Source of the DNA: Selaginella moellendorffii
Lineage: Eukaryota; Plantae; Lycopodiophyta
DNA length: 64,000 nt
Assembly (NCBI RefSeq): GCF_000143415.4
Contig: NW_003314409.1
Span: 62,001-126,000 of the forward strand
Direction of reading: 5' to 3'
Positions within the stretch are counted from its first letter, which is position 1. Every line of letters begins with the position of its first letter. This document shows, piece by piece, positions 55,611 through 64,000 of the stretch. Made by a program: the position numbers and the translations under genes. Below the pieces are notes generated by a model that was given only the letters and a program-made list of their open reading frames with translations, was not told the origin of the DNA and did no database searches.

Positions 55611-56988
55611 ATGGCGCTGCGCCTTCGCCCGGCCTTGATCGTGGTAAGCTCATCGTGATCTGAGGAGAATTATCTCAATCTCTGTCCAGGCCAGGCGTGC
55701 GTAGCTATCGCTAGAACGTACTCGCAGCACCAAAAGCTGGCTGGATTCGACAGGAAGTTCTTCTCGACGACAAGGATTCGAGCGGCGATGAGCTCTCAGG
55801 GGATTCCTACAGTGGATGTGGCTTCCGTGGAGATTGAGGTTCTGGGAAAGCGCGTCTCGGTCGCGGGAATTTCTGCAATGCCAGAGAGTGTAGTCAGGTA
55901 AAATATTTCCATCTCTATGTTGTAGCGCTGATCCGATGATACGATATAGCGCGGCAGTGGAATCTATCCCATTCCAACGGTGGCTTAAGACGATCACTGG
56001 TCCGGCAGGCATTCTCTCCTTGAGTGACGAACGAGGTACTCGATGCTCTCTTCAAGGAATAACCATCCAGGTGAGCTAAAATACTTCATTGCCACGGAAA
56101 CAGCTGAGATCTAAACGTGACGGATGCAGAGCGTAGATATGTTTGGAAAGCGTGTGGGATTTGTGAAATTCAAAGCGGACATCGTGGACGAGAAAACTGG
56201 AGCAAAGGTATCTCTTGCCGTGTTTTCTTTCTTTCTTTCTGCTGATTAAAAACTATACAGCTTCCTGGGGTTGTTTTTGGTCGAGGTGGAGCTGTGGCTG
56301 TACTCATGCTGCTGGAGTGCGCAGGGGAGAAACATGTCGTTCTCACCGAGCAAGTAAGAAGTTTCTGTTTCATTCGCTGCTATCTCATGGAAAAAAAACA
56401 AATCTCAGGCTAGAGTTCCAGTGGGTCGTGTGATCCTGGAATTACCAGCAGGAATGTTAGATGACGACGCAGGAGATTTTGTTGGAACGGCTGCGAGAGA
56501 GGTATCTGTGCCTGCATTTCGTTTCCATCTCATCTTTGCGGTTACAGATTGAGGAGGAGACAGGAATTCACATAAAAACCTCCGATTTGATCGATCTAAC
56601 CGCACTCCTCGACAAGGAAACAGGACAGAAGATGTTCCCATCACCGGTAAAATGTTTTCGTTTATAGTGCTTGGTTTTTTATTCCTGTGTCCTTCCTCCA
56701 GGGGGGCTCCGATGAAGAAATAACACTGTTACTGTACAGAGGTCACATAAATCCAGAGGTACCACGACCATCGAAGAATAAGAATTTAATACTCTTTTCA
56801 CGCAGGCTCTCTCGGCGCTTCAAGGACAAGAGCAAGGCCTGGTTGAGCATGGCGAGCTCATCAAGGTTCATGTGGCGCCGTATCGAAAGCTATGGAGGTA
56901 CACTGCCGACGCCAAAGCTCTTGCGGCCATTGCCATTTACGAGATGGCAACCAAGGAAGGAATTTTGCCCGAGCTCTCGAGCTTGTAA
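55611..56988 (+). CDS. NUDT14: Nudix hydrolase 14-like (ADP-sugar pyrophosphatase) with transit peptide, multi-exon
   Basis: VDMFGKRVGFVKFKAD, PGVVFGRGGAVAVL, Nudix box ELPAGMLDDDAGDFVGTAARE|IEEETG, FPSPGGSDEEI, TADAKAL. Confidence 0.92.
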
Positions 56989-57224
56989 ACAAACCTCTAA
57001 ACCCCTCTTGCCATTTGCCACGATTGTGGTGTGACTTCCCGCCATTTCCTTTGGGGCCGGTGTGGGAAGGTAATAACATAAGAAATTGCACTTATTGTTT
57101 CTAGCTTGGAATAGTGATTTTCCACGTGTCATCTGCCTACAAAACTCTGCTAGGCAAATTTACTTTGCTATGTAAAAATAATCCTAAATAATAATTTTTT
57201 TATTAATTAATATTGTAAGGTTTG

Positions 57225-57226
<2 letters not shown>

Positions 57227-57290
<64 letters not shown>

Positions 57291-57292
57291 AT
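57227..57292. repeat. (TA)n followed by (TATG)n microsatellite
   Basis: Read directly from the sequence. Confidence 0.95.
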
Positions 57293-58522
57293 AACATGGG
57301 ATTAAATTTGATCCATCCATTTTTGTATATAAACAATAGTCTAAACCCCAATTAATATATATCATGAATTAGTGGAGGAGAAGGGCATTATAATTTATCC
57401 CTAGAGGGTAAAGCATTTTAGTAATGTTTTGCTTTCATGTTTGGGATCATGCTTTAGTTCTTATTCCTTTCTTTCTCTTTTAGATTTAAATTTATATTAG
57501 TTTTTGCAAGATCAAGAATTTAGCTATTACTATGTTTAAATTTGTTCTTCCTTTTGATCTTTATTGCATTCCCTTTTTTTACCATACCACACTATCATTG
57601 ATCAAGGAGTATGTCATTAATGTTGCTTTACTGGATCAAGCTTTTAGTGTTGTGGGGTAGAATTATATTATTGTGTTTATGTGAGATGTGATTAAATACT
57701 TTTTTTTGTTCTTGGTGTTTTGCCATCTTCTATTAATGTGGAATATAATTTGACATTGATTAGCAAGTTATGGATGATGTAGTGTGGTTTTTGGAGAATG
57801 TTAATCCTTCAATTTACCATCTAATTATTTTTTTCATCTGCAATATTTCCTTTTCTTCGATCATTTATGATTTTTATAATTTTAGGTTGGCTATTTTTAT
57901 CCTCTTCATACTAATTTAGATGTTGAGTATATGCATGAAGTTAAAAATCTTGTTTTTGTTTTGTTGGTAGAGTCTTTTAATCAATTTTGGTGTCACTTTG
58001 GCCAGAGTTTCAAGTTAAATGTGTGTCTTTATTTATGAGTGTCATTATTAAGGTTTTTATGTACTTAAGAGCTTTTGTGTACCATTGCTACTAAGAAGTT
58101 TATGGACACCAAATATGAGCTTCCAAATTAAACACCAAATGTAAACTCATGAATTTAGAGTAACCTTAAATATCCCTTAATTGATTGAAAACAAAAGTGC
58201 ACTTTTATTCATAGGCTCTTTTCTTTTATATTTGAATTCTTATAAATTGTCTTTTGAGTCATTCTTTTTTGTTGTTTATAAATTGCTAAAAATTCCTTTT
58301 TAGATCTTTTTGTGTTCTATAATTTTTTTCCTCAATAATCTTAATATATGGTGTGATAACCAATATATAATATGATTAACCTAGCTAACTATTAGAGTCA
58401 CCAAATATAAACTCTTGAATTTAAACTTTCTAAAAGGTTACCCATATTAATATTACTTAAACCTAATGATGCTTAACCCCAAGTATCCCAAGACTATTCA
58501 CCAACTTAGAAAAGAAGATGCC

Positions 58523-61500
58523 TGTAAGTGACTATATTTTTTATTTTACTTTAGTCATATAATCACATCTTTGACCACATGGAGGAATTTCACTCACAAC
58601 CTCTATAAATTCTATTCCAAACTTAAGAACTTGTTGGCCCCAAGAATGGCATTTATGCCACTCAACTTTTGCACTTGGTCCAAGTGCTCTACATATCCGA
58701 TCTCGTGATTAACACTCAAAGGTACCACTAATATATCAACCCATTACATTAAATCTATGCCCATTTACCTTTATCACACTAGTAGTCTAACACCACTTGC
58801 GTCACAATCCCATCTCCCAAAGACTGGGTTATCCATCCATGAATGATCATCCCTTAACCACACCTTAGCACCCTTAGAGTGCTCGAAGATATGGGGAAGA
58901 CCTTTCCTTAATGTTGCTTCTTTTGTCCCCACCAAATCCCTCTTTATCCATGGTTGTGATTACTAACACCACCACTGGGTCAAGGCCCAAAGGCCCGACC
59001 ATTAAATCCCACTATCCTCTAGGAATTCCTCATCATATGATCATATCCTTAGTCATTACACTAGAAAATTATTCCTCTTCTTTTCCACACTTTAGGACTT
59101 TAGGATAACATTTCAAAACACTGTGGCCTTATGCAAGCCTTGTGGGTACTTATGAGACACAAATCCCTAAGCCCCAAAGTGGAGCCGAAAGGGTGCCACG
59201 TGGTAGTGGCCGAAGCAAAAGCCAAACAAGCGTAACACATTTGGACTAAAAGGCTCCGACTTGCAAGGTTGAGAGTGGGAGTGGAACTCCCAACGGAGTG
59301 CTCAAGGAACGAGCATGAAGAGAACAATAAGTGAGGCTCCAAAAAGGGACCCAAAAGGACCAACACATGACACGTGGAAGTGTCCGAGATGGACCTAAGA
59401 TGGAGTCCGAGATGGACCCGAGTTGGAGTCTGAGGTGGAGTCTGAGATGGAATTTGAGATGGACCCGAGTTGGAGTCCGAGTTGGAGTCCAAGATGGAGT
59501 CTGAGATGGAGTCTGAGATGGAGTCCGAGATGGACCCGAGATGGACCCGAGTTGGAGTCCGAGGTGGAGTCCGAGATGGACCGAGATGGAGTCCGAGATG
59601 GACCCGAGATGGAGTCCGAGATGGACCCGAGATGGAGTCCAAGATGGACTCGAGATGGAGTCCGAGAGGGAGTCCGAGAGGGAGTCTGAGATGGAGTCCG
59701 AGATGGACCCGAGATGGAATCTGAGATGGAGTTCGAGAAGGACCCGAGATGGAGTCCAAGGTCAAGACCGAGACTGGGACTGAGACTGAGACCAAGACTG
59801 AGACCGAGATCGGGACTGGGACCGAGACCGAGACCGAGGTCGAGGCCGAGACCAAGCCCGAGCCCAAGTCCGAGTCCGAGTCCGACCGAGTCCGAGTCCG
59901 AGTCCGAGTTCGAGTTCGAGTTTGAGAGGGTGAAAGCCCAAAGCGTTCGTCTCCCAGACCCTGGGGGTTTTGGTGAGCTCCAAAAGTATAGTAAGGGGGA
60001 GGACTGTAGTGGAGCCAGTTTGGCCAGGAAAGGCCAATTTGGCCCAGGAAGGCCAGACCCAGTGTTGGGTGATGAACTGACCACTGGGAAGTCCAAGACT
60101 AAAGTGAATACGGACCAACAAGCAGGGTAGCTTGGTGAAGTGTTCAAGAGCCGGCTTTAGTTCCCCCGGGAGATCGATTAGCCGATGCTCCCAGTCCAAG
60201 TGTAGGTGGCACTACCTACTTGGATACCTGGTGTGGCTCAACGGAACTTCGCTCTAAGCCCATGGCTAAAGCACCCAAAGGCAGAAGGTGGGGAGAGTAC
60301 CCACGAGGCTTGCGTAAGGCCACAGTGTTCCGAAATGTTGTCACAAAGGCCCAAACTATGGAAAGGAAGAGGAATAGTCCTCTAGTATAGTGACCAAGGA
60401 TACAGTCGTGCGGTGAGGAAGTCCCAGAGGACCATGGGACTTAGTGGCCGGGCCTGTGGGCCCTGATCCAGTGGCAGTGTTGGCGAACACGGCCAAGGAC
60501 AGAAAGGGACTTGGTGGGGACCAGAAAGGAGATATTGAGGAAGGCTATTCCCCATGTCTGTAGGCATCCTAAGGATGCTAAAGAGTGAATCTGGGATGAC
60601 CACTCACGGACGGATGGCCTAGTCTTGAAGAGACGGGATTGGAATGCAGGTGGTGTTGGACCACCGATGTGACCAAGGTGATTGGACATGGCCTAGCGTA
60701 ATAGGCTGGTATGTTGGTGGTGCTTTGGGGTGTTGGTCATGGGACTGGACACGTGGAGCACTGGGACCAAGTGCAAAGGTTGAGTGGCATGGATGCCATT
60801 CTCAGGGCTAGCAAGCCCCAAGCCTTGAGTGGGACTTATGGAGGTTGTGAATGAGACTCTTCCAAGTGGTAGAAGGTGTGGTTAAGTGACTAAAGTAGAA
60901 TGGAAAAATTTAGTCACTTACAATACTCTCCCCACCTTTCGCCTTTAGGTGCTTTAGCCATGTGGCTAGAGTGAGGTTCCGATGAGCCACGCTAGGTAAA
61001 TATGGGTGGTATTACTTACTTGGATGGATTGGGAATATTGATTGTTTGATCTCCCGGGGAAGCTAGATTCGACTCTTGAATAATTCACAAAGTTACCTCG
61101 CTTGTTTGTTTGTATTCACTTTAGCATTGGACTCCTTAATGGTTATATCATCACTCAACAAATGGGTATAACCTTCCTTGGTCACATTAGACTTTCCTAG
61201 CCAAATTGGCTCCACTAGAGTCCTCCCCCTACTATACTTTTGGAGCTTACGAAGCCCTCTAGGGTCTAGGAGACGATGCTTTGGGCTTTCACCCTCAGAT
61301 TTGGACTCGGACTTAGACTCAGACTTGGTCTCGGTCTCAGCCTCAGTCTTAATCTCATTCTCGATTTTGACCTCGGACTCCATCTCAAGTCCCTCTTGGA
61401 CTCCATCTCGGGTCCTTCTCAGACTCCATCTCAGACTCCATCTCGGGTCCATCTCAAACTCCATCTTGGACTCCATCTCAGATCCATCTTGGACTCCATC

Positions 61501-61718
61501 TCGGGTCCTTCTCGGATTCCATCTCAGACTCCATCTTGGGTCTATCTATAACTCTCCATTTCAAGTCCATCTCAGACTCCATCCTAGGTCCATTTCGGAC
61601 TCCATCTCAAACTCATTTTGGACTCCATCTCAGACTCCATCTTAGACTCCTTCTCAAGTCCATCTTGGACTCCTTCTCAGACTCCATCTTGGACTTTATC
61701 TCGACACCTTCATGTGTC
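58523..61718 (-). mobile_element. Older, diverged LTR (family C) on the minus strand, split by insertions at 59151 and 61719
   Basis: 58523 TGTAAGTGACTA is the reverse complement of the LTR end TAGTCACTTACA. 58523-59150 and 60923-61718 are reverse-complement, AT-drifted matches to 59151-60922. Confidence 0.85.
59151..60922 (+). mobile_element. Solo LTR of family C (~1.77 kb)
   Basis: T(A)TGAGACAC...CACTTACA; flanks GTACT/ATACT (5-bp TSD, one mismatch); no PBS follows. Confidence 0.88.
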
Positions 61719-62640
61719 TGTGAGACACAAAATCCCTAGGCCCCAAAGTGGAGTCGGAAGGGTGCCACGTGGTAGTGGCTGAAGCGAAAGCCAAACGAGC
61801 GTAACACATTTGGACTAAAAGCTCCGACTTGAAAGGTTGAGAGCAGGAGTGGAACTCCCAACAAAGTGCTCGAGGAACAAGCACGAAGTGAGCAATAAGT
61901 GAGTCTCTAGAAAAGGGACACAAGAGGATCCGAGATGGAGTCCGAGATTGACCTGAGATGGACCTGAGATGGAGTCTGAGATGGACCCGAGATGGAATCC
62001 AAGATGGAGTCCGAGATGGAGTCCAAGATGGAGTCCGAGATGGACCCGAGATGGAGTCCGAGATGGAGTCTGAGATGGACCCGAGATGAAGTCCGAGATG
62101 GAGTCCGAGATGAACCCAAGATGGAGTCCGAGATGGACCCGAGATGGAGTCTGAGATGGAACTGAGACCGAGACTGAGACCGAAACTGAAACCGAGTCCA
62201 AGTCCAAAACCGGGACTGAGACCAAGTCTGAGTCTAAGTCCGAGTTCGAGTCCAAATACTAATACAGGTTGTTGGGTGAAAGCCCAAAGCGATCATCCCC
62301 CAAGGGGGGGGGGGGCTTGCATGGGGTTCCAAAAGTATAGTAGGGAGAGTGTGGAGCCTAATGGAGCCAATTTGGCTAGGAAAGGCCAATTTGGCCCAGG
62401 AAGGCTGCACCCAGGTGTTGGGTGATGAGCTGACCACTGGGAAGTCCAAGACTAGAGTGAATATGGACCAACAAGTGGGTAGCTTGGTGAAGTGTTCAAG
62501 AGCCGGCTTTAGTTCCCCCAGGAGATCGAATGATCGATGCTCTCAGTCCAAGTGTGGGTGGCACTACCTACTTGGATACCTGGCGTGGCTCAACGAAACT
62601 TCGCTCTAAGCCTATAGCTAGAGCACCCAAAGGTGGAAGG
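61719..62640 (+). mobile_element. 5' part of a family C LTR, interrupted at 62641
   Basis: Starts TGTGAGACACAAAATCCC; colinear with 59151-60288. Confidence 0.88.
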
Positions 62641-64000
62641 TGTGAGACACAAAATCCCTAGGCCCCAAAGTGGAGCCGGAAGGGTGCCACGTGGTAGTGG
62701 CCGAAGCGAAAGCCAAACGAGTGTAACACATTTGGGCCAAAAGCTCCGCCTTGAAAGGTTGAGAGCGGGAGTGGAACTCCTAACGAAGGGCTCGAGGAAT
62801 GAGCACGAAATGAGCAATAAGCGAGGCTCCAAAAAGGACCAACACATGACACATGGTAGTGTCTGAGAAGGACCCGAGATGGAGTCCGAGGTGGAGTCCG
62901 AAGTGGAGTCCGAGGTGGACCCGAGATGGACCCGAGATCGAGTCTGAGATGGACCCGAGATAGAGTCCGAGATGGACCGAGACGGAGTCCGAGATGGACC
63001 CGAAATGGAGTCCAAGATGGAGTCCGAGATGGACCCGAGATGGAGTCCGAGATCGAGTCCGAGATGGACCTGAGATGGAGTCCGAGATCGAGTCCGAGAT
63101 GGACCCGAGATGGAGTCCGAGATCGAGTCCGAGATGGACCCGAGATGGAGTCCGAGATGGACCCGAGATGGAGTCCGAGATGGACCCGAGATGGAGTCCG
63201 AGATGGACCCGCGATGGAGTCCGAGATGGAGTCCGAGATAGACCCGAGACCGAGACCGAGGCCGAGGCCGAAGCCGAGATTGAGACCGAGTCTGAGTCCG
63301 AAACCGGGACCGAGACCGAGTCCGAGTCCGAGTTCGAGCCCGAATCCAAGTCCGAATACTAATACAGGCAGTTGGGTGAAAGCCCAAAGCGATCGTCCCC
63401 CAGGGGGGGGGGGGGCTACGGGGGGTTCCAAAAGTATAGTAGGGAGAGTATAGGGGTTGGAGCCCAGTGGAGCCAATTTGGCCAGGAAAGGCCAGTTTGG
63501 CCCAGGAAGGGCCAGTTGGGCCCAGGAAGGCCAGACCCAGTGTTGGGTGATGAGCTGACCACTGGGAAGTCCAAGACTAGAGTGAACATGGACCGACAAG
63601 CGGGGTAGCTTGGTGAAGTGTTCAAGAGCCGGCTCTAGTTCCCCCGGGAGATCGACTGGCCGATGCTCCTAGTCCAAGTGTGGGTGGCACTACCTACTTG
63701 GATACCAGGCGTGGCTCAACGGAACCTCGCTCTAAGCCCATGGCTAGAGCACCCGAGGGCAGAAGGCGAGGAGAGTACCTAGGTGGCTCACGTAAGGCCA
63801 CGGTGTTCCGAAATGTTGTCCCAAAGGCCCAGACTGTGGAAAGGAAGAGGAGCAGTCCTCTGGGGTAGTGACCAAGGACACAGTCGTGTGGTGAGGAAGT
63901 CCCAGAGGACCATGGGACTTAGTGGTCGGGCCTGTGGGTCTCGATCCAGTGGCAGTGTTGGCAAACACGGCCAGGGGCAGAAAGGGACTTAGTGGGGACT
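62641..64000 (+). mobile_element. Family C LTR, innermost insertion, continues past the window end
   Basis: Starts TGTGAGACACAAAATCCC; contains a GAGATGGA(GT/CC)CC array and a poly-G tract. Confidence 0.9.

Noticed and set aside
57300-58520. AT-rich stretch as a decayed transposon
   Set aside because: Plausible, but no motif or terminal structure could be identified.
59100-63608. Long ORFs such as SISDSISGPSRTPSRVHLGLHLG and MESEMDPRWSPRW (also 13967..14269 and 20430..20669)
   Set aside because: They are translations of 6/12-bp tandem arrays within LTRs and stay open in several frames for that reason.

Overview
Eukaryotic plant nuclear DNA. The very short introns, expanded PLS-class PPR genes and compact spacing suggest a lycophyte such as Selaginella (inference). 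Host genes: four intact PLS-type PPR genes (one with an OSB-type PDF motif, five near-identical 333-bp repeats and a DYW domain), an intact germin-like protein plus several relics, a DnaJ (ATJ6/DNAJC9-like) gene, an HVA22-like gene, a glutaredoxin-DEP-DUF547 gene, a Nudix hydrolase 14-like gene and an RRP5 pseudogene. Mobile DNA: an old Ty3/gypsy element containing a younger full-length chromovirus whose integrase carries two spliceosomal-type introns, a Ty1/copia relic, and a four-deep nest of one LTR family at 58.5-64 kb. The most unusual object is a ~10.6-kb element (30370-40958) with perfect 20-bp terminal inverted repeats; an apparently identical inverted second copy runs off the window start (1-1392). 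No transposase is recognisable in it. It encodes a ParB/DGQHR-like domain followed by a degenerate DNA-methyltransferase-like region and an FCP1-like phosphatase. It also carries about 20 copies of a 22-bp palindrome (ATGGCRTGWGSCCWCAYGCCAT), several inside its tiny introns, which is reminiscent of a ParB/parS-like protein-plus-cognate-site system on a plant mobile element. All domain calls are by eye from motifs; no database search was run.
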